Positions 9,567-18,127 of a stretch of DNA of 64,000 nucleotides are shown piece after piece; position 1 is the first letter of the stretch, and every line of letters begins with the position of its first letter. Both the position numbers and the translations under genes were made by a program. The notes under the pieces are model-generated. The model was not told the origin of the DNA. It ran no database searches and saw only the letters and a program-made list of their open reading frames with translations. Where the stretch lies: contig JAKLFG010000005.1 in the NCBI GenBank assembly GCA_022711315.1, forward strand, positions 7,037 through 71,036, read 5' to 3'. The stretch comes from a bacterium (GTDB taxonomy: Bacteria > UBP6 > UBA1177 > JAKLFG01).

Positions 9567-10575
9567 TATCGCCCGACAGAACGAGAAGAATCGGGCCGAC
9601 CTGTTCCGGGCCGTCTCTCAAACGATGCGCATTCATGAGGCGATCATCGAGAAGGATTTCTGGGTCTGTTGGATACTGGACTATCTCTTCCATGACAGTC
9701 CGTGGAAAGAATCTCTTGCCTTCAAGGGAGGCACCAGTCTCTCCAAGGCGTTCGGTCTCATCCAGCGCTTTTCGGAAGACATCGATCTGATACTGGATTG
9801 GCGGCTTCTCGGGTATTCGGAAGAGGCGGCATGGGCGGAGCGGAGTGCGACACAGCAGGATATCTTCGGTAAAGAGGCGAACCTGCGGACGACCGCCTTC
9901 CTTTCAAATACGATGGCAAGCGTACTGCAAGCCGCTCTGACGGAGCGGGCCGCAGCGCCGATCGCCGTTGAGGTGCGCGGTCAGGAAGTGCTCGTCCATT
10001 ACCCCAAGAGTTTTGTTCTTGCGGCGGTCCAGCCGCAGGTGATCCTCGAGATCGGTCCTCTGGCCGCATGGATCCCCAATGAGCCGCGTGCCATCAGCCC
10101 CTATGCGGCACAGCAACGCCCCGATCTTTTCACGCAGACCGAAACGACGGTCAGGACCATCGCGGCCGCGCGGACCTTCTGGGAGAAAGCGACGATCCTT
10201 CATCAAGAGGCGCACCGCGGGAAAGACAAGCCGCTGCCGCCGCGCTATTCCCGGCATTACTATGACCTGTACCGGATGAGCCGGTCTTCCGTCGCGGAGG
10301 AAGTGCTCGCCCAATTGGAACTCCTTGACGATGTCGTTCAGTTCAAGATGCGTTTCTATCGGTGTCCGTGGGCGGGATACGAGCAGGCGAAGCCGGGGTG
10401 TCTCCGGTTGGCGCCGCCGGAACATCACCTCGCCGCGCTCCGGCAGGATTACCGTGCCATGCAGACGCTACTTTTCGGGAAGATCCCTGACTTCGACGAA
10501 GTGTTGGCGGGCATCGCGGCACTGGAGCGGAGGATCAACGAGAGCGAGACATCTGCACAACAATCAGCACTATAG
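9559..10575 (+). CDS. Nucleotidyltransferase toxin AbiEii/AbiGii family
   Basis: LAFKGGTSLSKAFGLIQRFSEDIDL (NTase GS...DID motif) and about 340 aa; paired with the upstream AbiEi-like gene. Confidence 0.8.
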   Translation: MRDIARQNEKNRADLFRAVSQTMRIHEAIIEKDFWVCWILDYLFHDSPWKESLAFKGGTSLSKAFGLIQRFSEDIDLILDWRLLGYSEEAAWAERSATQQDIFGKEANLRTTAFLSNTMASVLQAALTERAAAPIAVEVRGQEVLVHYPKSFVLAAVQPQVILEIGPLAAWIPNEPRAISPYAAQQRPDLFTQTETTVRTIAAARTFWEKATILHQEAHRGKDKPLPPRYSRHYYDLYRMSRSSVAEEVLAQLELLDDVVQFKMRFYRCPWAGYEQAKPGCLRLAPPEHHLAALRQDYRAMQTLLFGKIPDFDEVLAGIAALERRINESETSAQQSAL

Positions 10576-10594
10576 TTCTTGCGCCCTGACCCCT
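10569..10594. repeat. Left arm of a 26-bp inverted repeat (25/26, inner 19 perfect)
   Basis: ACTATAGTTCTTGCGCCCTGACCCCT. The reverse complement of 11344-11369 is ACTATACTTCTTGCGCCCTGACCCCT. Overlaps the abiEii stop TAG 10573-10575. Confidence 0.9.
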
Positions 10595-10652
10595 ACTCCC
10601 GGTACTCCCGGAACTCGGTCGGGGTCATGCCTTCAGCAGAAAAAGACGGGCG
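10593..10652 (-). pseudogene. 3' fragment of an AraC-family regulator gene
   Basis: The minus strand reads RPSFSAEGMTPTEFREYRE-stop, preceded by an in-frame TGA. 24 nt (10608-10631) are identical to 11394-11417 in the intact araC-like gene. Confidence 0.55.
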
Positions 10653-10741
10653 TCAACGAAACCGTAAAATGAAGGACTGACCACGCTTGACCACCTTTTC
10701 ACGATATCAAAACCGCCGTCGGCCGATGGACGGTTCATGGA

Positions 10742-11290
10742 TTATTTCTCGTCCGTGCCACTCCTAACGCAAAAGAGCTTATATTTATTAGAATAATGCG
10801 ATGTTCCCAAACCGGATGTGCTGAAATCTATCACAAAATAGCAAGCACCTTGACACGCATCGGCGGTTCCGATAGCAACCACGGGCTCACAAAATTTCCC
10901 GAAATATTTTTCGTTCCAAAAACATTTTTTATATGTTTCACCTTTTTCCTCCCAACATGAACATTGGCCTCTTGAAAGCATCTCAGATGTGAAGGGAACT
11001 ATTTGGCATGCCCCATTGGGCTCAATTTTCTGACATCCTTCCACTATGGTTCTTAATTCGTTAAGCTTGGGTATTCTCCAGTCGGTGAATCCGCCATAGG
11101 TAAGGGTGCTACATTTATCAATTGCCCCCAACAGGTCCACTTTTCCTTCAATATCTGTTGTCCACATTAATTTTGTCGTCTTATCTACAATGATCTTGTC
11201 TCCTCCTTTTTTTAAGATCTTGAATTTTTCTTCACCGACAGCCACCAAGGACAGCAACAATATTGCCACCACCGCGATCTTATTCATCAT
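10742..11290 (-). CDS. Secreted DUF1566 (Lcl C-terminal domain) protein
   Basis: MWTTDIEGKVDLLGAIDKCSTLTYGGFTDWRIPKLNELRTIV is the DUF1566 signature. Signal peptide present. GGAGGAGG precedes the ATGATG start. Hand-counted G+C is 37-43%, well below neighbours. Confidence 0.7.
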   Translation of the reverse strand: MMNKIAVVAILLLSLVAVGEEKFKILKKGGDKIIVDKTTKLMWTTDIEGKVDLLGAIDKCSTLTYGGFTDWRIPKLNELRTIVEGCQKIEPNGACQIVPFTSEMLSRGQCSCWEEKGETYKKCFWNEKYFGKFCEPVVAIGTADACQGACYFVIDFSTSGLGTSHYSNKYKLFCVRSGTDEK

Positions 11291-11343
11291 TACCTCCTCC
11301 GTCTGTTTACCATTCACGCCTTGCCGTTACATCATAGAGGCAG

Positions 11344-11369
11344 AGGGGTCAGGGCGCAAGAAGTATAGT
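11344..11369. repeat. Right arm of the 26-bp inverted repeat
   Basis: AGGGGTCAGGGCGCAAGAAGTATAGT. Ends 3 nt before the araC-like stop codon (11373-11375). Confidence 0.9.
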
Positions 11370-11372
11370 TCT

Positions 11373-12533
11373 TCATCGGCTGACCGCCCTTCGCCGGAAC
11401 TCGGTCGGGGTCATGCCGGTCTCTTTGCGGAAATAGGTGTTGAACGCCGATTTCGAGTTGAACCCCGCCGCGAACGCGACCTCAAGCACATTGGCCGGGC
11501 CGTCGGCCTTGCCCAGCAGTTCCTTGGCGAACCCGATGCGATAGCCGTTCACGAAGGCGTAGAAATTCATCCCCATGAGGCCGTTCACGACCTGCGAGAG
11601 GTGGTGGGCCGGTATGCCGACCTGCTTGGCCAGTTGCGGGAGCGTGAGCAGAGGATCGGTGTAGGGCCGCGCGGTTTCCATGTGGGCCGCGAGCCGCGCG
11701 CGGTATTCCTCGGCGAGCGCCGGATCGAGGCGGGTCTTCTGATATTTCTCCTTCGTCTCCGTTCCCTCGACCGGTTCCGGTTCGAGCAGGCGTTCGATAT
11801 CGACGGCGGAGCCCCAGCGTCCGGGCATGCGGAACAGTTGTATGCCGGCGAGCGCGGCGAACATGGGGTGCAGGAGATAGTAGCCGGCGGGAACATTGAT
11901 GCGGACGAACCACGGCAGGTAGAGCATATGGAACAGCAGACTTCCGCAGAGGATGAGGCACTGGGCGACCGGCACGAGGAACAGCAGGCGGAGCCACGAG
12001 AGCGCGTGGCGCTCAAGGTCGGAATAGAATTCGCGGAGCAACCGCTCGTAGCGCGCCATCACGGCGAAGGCGGCGATGAGATAGCAGAGGAGCACGAGCG
12101 CCTTCAACCCGAACAGGAAGACCGGCGACGGCTCGAGCATCGCGACGCCGGGGATGTACCGTTCCTGCAGGAATATCCGCGTCGCCTGATTTTTCAGGTA
12201 GAACGGGGCCATGAGGAGAAGGTGGAAGACGAACGGTATCAGGTGGAACAGGTGGATCGGCGCAAGGCGGCGCACCTGTCCGGCCGCCGACGCGGCGAGC
12301 AGGTAGAGGAGCGGCCCGTACAGAAGCGGGATCGAGCGGTCGAGCCCGATGAGGAACGGGAAGGATCGGTACCCGCGACCTTCGATGTAGCCGCGCAGGA
12401 ACAGGTCGAACGCCTGCAACAAGAGCGTGGCCGACAAAAGGTTCTCGGCGAGATGCCGCTCCTTCTTGGCGAGCAGGGCGACCGCGAGGAACAGCGCCAC
12501 CGCGCCGCCGCCGATGGAAAGCAGGAACATCAT
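11373..12533 (-). CDS. AraC-family transcriptional regulator with multi-pass membrane N-terminal domain
   Basis: C-terminal HTH LTLPQLAKQVGIPAHHLSQVVNG...EVAFAAGFNSKSAFNTYFRKETGMTPTEFRR, with several hydrophobic helices N-terminally. ATG at 12533 has an upstream GAGAGG. Confidence 0.8.
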   Translation of the reverse strand: MMFLLSIGGGAVALFLAVALLAKKERHLAENLLSATLLLQAFDLFLRGYIEGRGYRSFPFLIGLDRSIPLLYGPLLYLLAASAAGQVRRLAPIHLFHLIPFVFHLLLMAPFYLKNQATRIFLQERYIPGVAMLEPSPVFLFGLKALVLLCYLIAAFAVMARYERLLREFYSDLERHALSWLRLLFLVPVAQCLILCGSLLFHMLYLPWFVRINVPAGYYLLHPMFAALAGIQLFRMPGRWGSAVDIERLLEPEPVEGTETKEKYQKTRLDPALAEEYRARLAAHMETARPYTDPLLTLPQLAKQVGIPAHHLSQVVNGLMGMNFYAFVNGYRIGFAKELLGKADGPANVLEVAFAAGFNSKSAFNTYFRKETGMTPTEFRRRAVSR

Positions 12534-12699
12534 GCCGCCTCTCGTCAAGTCTGTTCTGATAGCCGATGTAGTATAGCCCCCGGGTGCCGCGATTTGCAAG
12601 TTTTCGCCCCCCGCGCGGCCGGGCGGAAAATTGACTTCGCCGCCGTTATTCCTATAGTGCCTCCCGTATCTTATCCGTCATTAAAAAAGGAGTCTCCCC

Positions 12700-14325
12700 A
12701 TGTTCAGACCGTTCGTCGGTTCCCTCCTGCTCGCCGCGCTGACCTTCCTGTTCGGCGGCTGCGGGCTCATCAACGCCATCACCACCACAGCCCACGAGAG
12801 CGAGACCATCAGCGTCGCGACCGTGTGGGAGCATGACCATGTCATCAGCGGCACGCTCACCGTCAACGCCCCGCTCACCATCCGGGCCTGCGCGAACATC
12901 AAGATGGAGAACGGCGGGTCCATCGTCGTGCGCGACAACGGCTCGATCATCGCCATCGGCTCGGCCGACTGCGACACCCGCTTCACCTCCTCCAAGACCA
13001 TCCCCTCGGCGGGCGACTGGGACGCCATCTACATCTACAACACCGCGTCGGCCGGCAACGCCTTCGAGAAGGTCACTTTCGAATACGGCGGCGGGAACTA
13101 CGGCGTGCTGTGGATCGAGGACAACGCGTCGGTCCGCGTCGACGCCTCGACCTTCGCCCACATCAAGGGGACGGCGGTCATGATCGAGGACGGCGCGACG
13201 ATAGGCAGTTTCGTCGGCAACTCCTTCAAGAGCATCGGCGGCAACCCGGTCTGGACCTCGGGCAACATCGTCCCGTCGCTCTCTCCCGTCATCACCACCG
13301 ACCTTACCGCCGCGGTCAACCGCGTCCACATCGACGGCACGACCGTCACCGAAAGCGGCACCTGGAAGGATCTCGGCATACCCTATGAGATCGACGGCAT
13401 CAATTTCCACGCCACCGTCACCGTCGAGGCGGGGACCACGATAGCGGTCATGCCCAACGAGATCGTCAATGTCAGCGAGAACGGCGCGCTCATCATGGTC
13501 GGGACCGTGGCCCAGCGTATCACCGTGACGAGCGCCAAGACCACCCCGAAGGCGGGCGACTGGGATTATATCGGCATCTACAACACCGCCTCCGAGGACA
13601 ACCGGTTCGAATATGTCGATTTCAAGTACGGCGGCAGCATGTACGGCATCTTCTGGGTCGAACAGGGCGCCACGGTCTCCTTCGACAACTGCCTGTTCAG
13701 CGACATCACCGGCCCCGGCATGGAGATGAAGGATGTCACGCTCGGCAGTTTCACCGGCAACTCGTTCAAGAAGATATCGGAATATCCTCTCGTCGTGACC
13801 GCGAGCGTGGTCCCCTCCCTGTCGCCCATCACCACCGCCGAACTCACCGCGGGCAAGGACCGCGTCCACGTCGTCGGCGGCTACACCGAGATCGGCGGTC
13901 TCTGGAAGGAACTCGGCCTCCCGTACGAACTCGAGGGACTCAGTTTCCGGTCGCCGGTCACCGTCGAGGCGGGAACGACCATCCTGATAGAGCCCAACGA
14001 GATCATCAACATCGCCGACAACGGCTCGCTGATACTCGACGGCACCGCCGACAAGCGGATCACCGTGAAGAGCAACAAGACCACGCCGGCCGCGGGCGAT
14101 TGGAACTATTTCGGGTTCTACAACACGAGCAGCAACGAGAACCGGTTCTCCTACGCCGACATCATGCACGGCGGCTCGGGCAACTACGGCCAGATCTGGG
14201 TCGAGCAGGACGCGACGCTCACGCTCGAACATGTCGTCTTCTCCGAGGGCGACACCTGTGACATAGACGCCGACGAGGACGCGATACTCAATGTGACCGA
14301 CACCACCTTCGTCGCCTGCCCCTGA
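12700..14325 (+). CDS. Lipoprotein with three tandem ~180-aa right-handed beta-helix-like repeat units
   Basis: Lipobox FLFGGCG. The unit ...(S/K/A)AGDW(D/N)...Y(I/G)(Y/F)YNT(A/S)S...F(E/S)Y...GG recurs at about nt 13009, 13549 and 14086 (period 540 nt). Confidence 0.6.
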   Translation: MFRPFVGSLLLAALTFLFGGCGLINAITTTAHESETISVATVWEHDHVISGTLTVNAPLTIRACANIKMENGGSIVVRDNGSIIAIGSADCDTRFTSSKTIPSAGDWDAIYIYNTASAGNAFEKVTFEYGGGNYGVLWIEDNASVRVDASTFAHIKGTAVMIEDGATIGSFVGNSFKSIGGNPVWTSGNIVPSLSPVITTDLTAAVNRVHIDGTTVTESGTWKDLGIPYEIDGINFHATVTVEAGTTIAVMPNEIVNVSENGALIMVGTVAQRITVTSAKTTPKAGDWDYIGIYNTASEDNRFEYVDFKYGGSMYGIFWVEQGATVSFDNCLFSDITGPGMEMKDVTLGSFTGNSFKKISEYPLVVTASVVPSLSPITTAELTAGKDRVHVVGGYTEIGGLWKELGLPYELEGLSFRSPVTVEAGTTILIEPNEIINIADNGSLILDGTADKRITVKSNKTTPAAGDWNYFGFYNTSSNENRFSYADIMHGGSGNYGQIWVEQDATLTLEHVVFSEGDTCDIDADEDAILNVTDTTFVACP

Positions 14326-14365
14326 ACAAGTCCCGTCACCGACCGCTCCCCTTCCCCCCGTTTCA

Positions 14366-14394
14366 TTGACGAATCGTCCTTCCTCTGATAGTAT
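14366..14394 (+). promoter_or_regulatory. Sigma70-like promoter of the mla-like operon
   Basis: TTGACG (14366-14371), 17-nt spacer, TAGTAT (14389-14394), about 38 nt upstream of ATG 14432. Confidence 0.4.
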
Positions 14395-14431
14395 GCCCTC
14401 TCGTTCGGAAGGTGTGTCGCCCCGGAGGGCT

Positions 14432-15223
14432 ATGAACTCGGTATCGTGGGTGGAAAAGATCGGCGGCTCCGCCTTGAGCGGCTGGCGCGAACTGCACCAA
14501 CTGCTCGGCTTCGCCTCTGCGGTGTTCCGGCGGCTCCTCTCGCCGTCGAGTTACCGGCCGCTCACCGTCGAGATCGCCGTGACGCAGATATACTTCACCG
14601 CCGTGCAACTGCTCGGGTTCTTCATCGTCGTTTCGGTCGTTTTCGGGTCGCTCTTCATCGGCATGACGCTGTTCGTCATCAAGGAGATCGGGCTGACCGG
14701 CTACATCGGCGACTTCATCGCGGGCGTCGTCGTGCTCGAGATGGCGCCGATCATGACGACGCTTCTCATCGCCCTGCGCAGCGGATCGGCCATCAACGCC
14801 GAGATGGCGGTGATGAAGGCCAACCGGGAACTCGACGCGCTCGAGGCGTTCGGCGTCGACATCGCCAACTACCTGTTCCTGCCGCGCATCGTCGCGGTGA
14901 TGGTGAGCGTCGTATTACTGTCGGCGCTGTTCGCCATCATCGTGACCGCGAGCGGGCTCGTGTTCTCGGCGATCATCTTCGATATGGGGTTCAACACCTA
15001 CACCGAGATCATCGCCAAGGCGATAGAATACCGTTACTTCGCCATCATGGTCATCAAGAGCGCCGCGTTCGGGTTCTTCATCACCTTCATCCCGCTCTAC
15101 TACGGCTCGCGCGCCGGATACCAGTTGACGGCGGTGCCGGTGGCGGTCCTGCGCGGCATGGTGAATGTGTTCATAGCCATCATCATCATCGAGGTGCTGT
15201 CATTAGTTGCCCGTTTTCTCTGA
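14432..15223 (+). CDS. mlaE: MlaE-family ABC transporter permease
   Basis: About 260 aa of polytopic membrane protein (...LTVEIAVTQIYFTAVQLLGFFIVVS...) followed by NBD-like and MCE genes. GGAGGG RBS before ATG 14432. Confidence 0.75.
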   Translation: MNSVSWVEKIGGSALSGWRELHQLLGFASAVFRRLLSPSSYRPLTVEIAVTQIYFTAVQLLGFFIVVSVVFGSLFIGMTLFVIKEIGLTGYIGDFIAGVVVLEMAPIMTTLLIALRSGSAINAEMAVMKANRELDALEAFGVDIANYLFLPRIVAVMVSVVLLSALFAIIVTASGLVFSAIIFDMGFNTYTEIIAKAIEYRYFAIMVIKSAAFGFFITFIPLYYGSRAGYQLTAVPVAVLRGMVNVFIAIIIIEVLSLVARFL

Positions 15224-15258
15224 AATTCTTCGCCGACGACGCGGCGCTCGACGCGGCG

Positions 15259-15681
15259 ATGATGGAGATAGCGACCGCCGAGAAGGGACGCTACGCCCCG
15301 GTATCGGGCGATATCCCGCTCCTTTCCAACCTGTCGGTCTTCCGTAACATCGCGCTCATCCGCCAGTACCACGAGCGGCTCGGCGCCGAGGAATCACGCC
15401 GGCTCACCACCGAGGCGCTCGAACGGTTCGGCCTGTGCGGCATCGCCGAAAAACGGCCGTTCGACCTGAGCGAGCGGGACCTGTTCCTCGTGAAACTCCT
15501 GCGGGCCGCCCAGCGGAAGGAAGCGCTCATCGTGATAGAGCGTCCCTTCGTGCAGATCGCGGGGCTCCGCTCCTTCGAATGGATACGGAAACATTTGGAA
15601 CTCCTTGACTTTCCCGGCATCGACGCTATCATCCTCGACTACGAATGGAACGGCGAGCGGTACGGTAGCGATGGCGCGTGA
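15259..15681 (+). CDS. Truncated, motif-degenerate ABC nucleotide-binding-domain-like protein (MlaF position)
   Basis: Only about 140 aa and no Walker A. LSNLSVFRNIAL resembles the Q-loop region. DLSERDLFLVKLLRAAQRKEALIVIERPF aligns to signature plus Walker B (LSGG..., DEP) with the catalytic residues replaced. The stop overlaps the mlaD start. Confidence 0.5.
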   Translation: MMEIATAEKGRYAPVSGDIPLLSNLSVFRNIALIRQYHERLGAEESRRLTTEALERFGLCGIAEKRPFDLSERDLFLVKLLRAAQRKEALIVIERPFVQIAGLRSFEWIRKHLELLDFPGIDAIILDYEWNGERYGSDGA

Positions 15682-16615
15682 CACACTCCAGTACAAGGTC
15701 GGGCTCTTCATCGTGAGCACCGTCGCGCTCATACTCGCCACCGCCGTACTGGTCGCCTACAAGAAGGACCTGTTCGCCGACCTCGCGACCTACCGGCTCC
15801 TGTCGGGATCGGGCGAAGGGCTGTCGCAGGGGATGCCGGTCCTTTTCTCCGGCTTCGAGATCGGCAAGGTATCGGCGCTCGAACTGTCGGAAAAAGGCGA
15901 GGTGCTCATCACGATATCGGTGGCGAAGAAACACGCCCGCTGGGTCCGCGAGACGAGCGCGTTCACGCTCGAAAAGCCGCTCGTCGGCTCCCCGCGCATC
16001 GTCGTGAAGACCGAGGACCCGGCCGCCCCCGAACTGTCCGCCGACAAGATCGTCCCGATAAAGACGATAGACGACATCAACGAGGTCATCAAGAAGGCCC
16101 AGCCGCTCGTCGAACGGATACAGTCGGTCGCCGACAATGTCGATAAGATGACCAACGAGGGAAGCGAACTGAACAAGATCATCGCCGACACCCGCAAGAT
16201 AACGAAGATGCTCTCCGATAAGAAGTCGCTCCTCGAGATGGCGACGGGCGACAAGAAGGGGCAGGAAACGCTCATGCGGACGCTCGAACAGGTCGCCGCG
16301 ATCACCGCGACGGTCGATACGACCGTCAAACGGATCGATTCCATGACCGCGAAGGCCGACGAAGGGGTGTTCGGCGACAAGGGGTCGCTCGCGACCGTCA
16401 ACAACATCCTGCTCGACATCGAGGCGAAGTTCAAGCGGCTCGACGCGCTCATCGACAACGCGGTGACCATGAGCGCCGACCTGCAGGGGACGACGCAGGA
16501 CATCAATCTCCTGCGCAAGGATGTGGACGAGACCGTCTCCTCGCTCCGGCAACTCCTGCAGGATGTCCGCAACAGTCTGCCGTTCGACCAGAAAAAGGAG
16601 ATAAAACTCCCATGA
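15671..16615 (+). CDS. mlaD: MlaD/MCE-domain protein
   Basis: Single N-terminal TM (VGLFIVSTVALILATAVLVAY), then an MCE-like domain (GMPVLFSGFEIGKVSALEL) and a long coiled C-terminus. ATG overlaps the upstream stop. Confidence 0.7.
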   Translation: MARDTLQYKVGLFIVSTVALILATAVLVAYKKDLFADLATYRLLSGSGEGLSQGMPVLFSGFEIGKVSALELSEKGEVLITISVAKKHARWVRETSAFTLEKPLVGSPRIVVKTEDPAAPELSADKIVPIKTIDDINEVIKKAQPLVERIQSVADNVDKMTNEGSELNKIIADTRKITKMLSDKKSLLEMATGDKKGQETLMRTLEQVAAITATVDTTVKRIDSMTAKADEGVFGDKGSLATVNNILLDIEAKFKRLDALIDNAVTMSADLQGTTQDINLLRKDVDETVSSLRQLLQDVRNSLPFDQKKEIKLP

Positions 16616-17280
16616 TACGCCTGCTCGCCCTCGTCGCGCTGTTTCTCTCCTGCGCCGCCTGCTCGTCACAGCCGGCCCCGGCATGGCAGAACGAGGGGGT
16701 CGCGCAACTCGCCAACTTCATGCAGCGGTATCTCGAAGGGGACGACCGGCTCGCCGGTATCCATTTCGAAAAGGCGCTCGAACATATCTCCAGGACCGGC
16801 GACCCGGCGCTTGTGGGGCGACTGTACCTGATGCGGTGCGCGCTCGGCGTCGCGTCGCTCATTGACTCCCCGTGCGAGGAGGCGACCCGCTACGCCGGCG
16901 ACCCCGCCAACGACGCCTATCGCGCCCAGATGGCGGGCGGCGCGGCGGACCGGAAGGCCCTGCCGCCGCAGTACCGCGACCTCGACGCGGCCTTCGCCGA
17001 ACGGTCGGTCGCCAAGGTCAACGCGGCGCTGGACGGCATCGACGAACCGCTATCGCGCTGCATCGGCGCGGGGCTTGCGGTGTCGCGCGGCCTGTTCGAC
17101 GCCGCGACGCTCGAAACGGCGGCGCGCGCCGCCTCCGAGCAGGGCTGGAAACGGCCGCTTACCGCGTACCTCACGAAACTTCGCGAACTCTACGCGGCGC
17201 AGGGTGACCGGCAGAGGGAACAGGAGACGCAGCGGCGGCTCGACATCGTATCGGGGACCGGAGGAGAGAAAAGCGAATGA
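16612..17280 (+). CDS. Lipoprotein, helical, unknown function (last gene of the mla-like operon)
   Basis: MIRLLALVALFLSCAACSS lipobox. ATGA overlap with the mlaD stop. Confidence 0.5.
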   Translation: MIRLLALVALFLSCAACSSQPAPAWQNEGVAQLANFMQRYLEGDDRLAGIHFEKALEHISRTGDPALVGRLYLMRCALGVASLIDSPCEEATRYAGDPANDAYRAQMAGGAADRKALPPQYRDLDAAFAERSVAKVNAALDGIDEPLSRCIGAGLAVSRGLFDAATLETAARAASEQGWKRPLTAYLTKLRELYAAQGDRQREQETQRRLDIVSGTGGEKSE

Positions 17281-18068
17281 AGAAGATGACGCTTCCCGCC
17301 CTGCGGGATAAGAAAGGGAAGGACCCCATCGCGATGGTCACCTGCTACGACGCCGCGTTCGCGCGGCTCGCCGAGGCGGCGGGCATCGAGACCCTGCTCG
17401 TCGGCGACAGTCTCGGCATGGTGATAAAGGGTGAGGGGAGCACGCTCGGCGTATCGGTGGACGAGGTCGCCTACCATGTCCGCGCGGTGCGGCGCGGCGC
17501 CCCGGCGCCGTTCCTTATCGCCGATATGCCGTTCGGCTCCTATCAGGCGTCGGTCGCGCAGGGGGTCGATAACGCCGTCACGCTCATGAAGGCGGGCGCC
17601 GAGGCGGTGAAGGTCGAAGGGGGCGTCGCGGTCGCGCCGCTCGTCGAGCGGCTCACCGCGGTCGGCATCCCGGTCGTCGGCCATGTGGGGCTCACGCCGC
17701 AGTCGGTCAACCTCTTCGGCGGCTACCGCAAACGGGGCGTCACGAAGCGCGAACACGACGAGATACTGCGCGGGGCGATCGCGCTCGACAAGGCGGGCGC
17801 CGCGCTCATCGTGCTCGAGATGGTCCCCGCCGAACTCGCCGCGCGGATAACGACCGAAGTATCCGCCCCCACCATCGGCATCGGGGCGGGCCCCGACACC
17901 GACGGACAGGTGCTCGTCCTGTACGACCTTCTCGGCATGGACGGGGCGTTCAACCCCTCGTTCCTCAAGAAATACCTCGACCTCGACACGCAGGTCACCG
18001 CGGCGCTCGCGCGGTACCGCGACGAGGTGCGGACCGGCCGGTTCCCGGCGCGGCGGAATAAATCCTGA
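17277..18068 (+). CDS. panB: 3-methyl-2-oxobutanoate hydroxymethyltransferase
   Basis: IAMVTCYDAAFARLAEAAGIETLLVGDSLGMV...; full-length match to the PanB pattern, 263 aa. Confidence 0.9.
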   Translation: MKKMTLPALRDKKGKDPIAMVTCYDAAFARLAEAAGIETLLVGDSLGMVIKGEGSTLGVSVDEVAYHVRAVRRGAPAPFLIADMPFGSYQASVAQGVDNAVTLMKAGAEAVKVEGGVAVAPLVERLTAVGIPVVGHVGLTPQSVNLFGGYRKRGVTKREHDEILRGAIALDKAGAALIVLEMVPAELAARITTEVSAPTIGIGAGPDTDGQVLVLYDLLGMDGAFNPSFLKKYLDLDTQVTAALARYRDEVRTGRFPARRNKS

Positions 18069-18127
18069 CGCGTCGTTGTTTAAGTGGCGTACCATGCTGT
18101 ATGTATTCATAAAAAGGAGGTTTTCGC

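Noticed and set aside
10571-10575. TATAG as a target-site duplication flanking the inverted repeats at 10576 and 11362.
   Set aside because: When the arms are extended, TATA(G) is part of the inverted repeat itself (26 bp, 25/26) because TATA is self-complementary. It cannot be counted as a direct duplication.
14446-15258. N-terminal 270 aa of the 411-aa ORF 14446-15681.
   Set aside because: This part is an R/H/G-rich alternative frame of mlaE. Only the last ~140 aa, after the mlaE stop, look like real protein (ABC-domain remnant).
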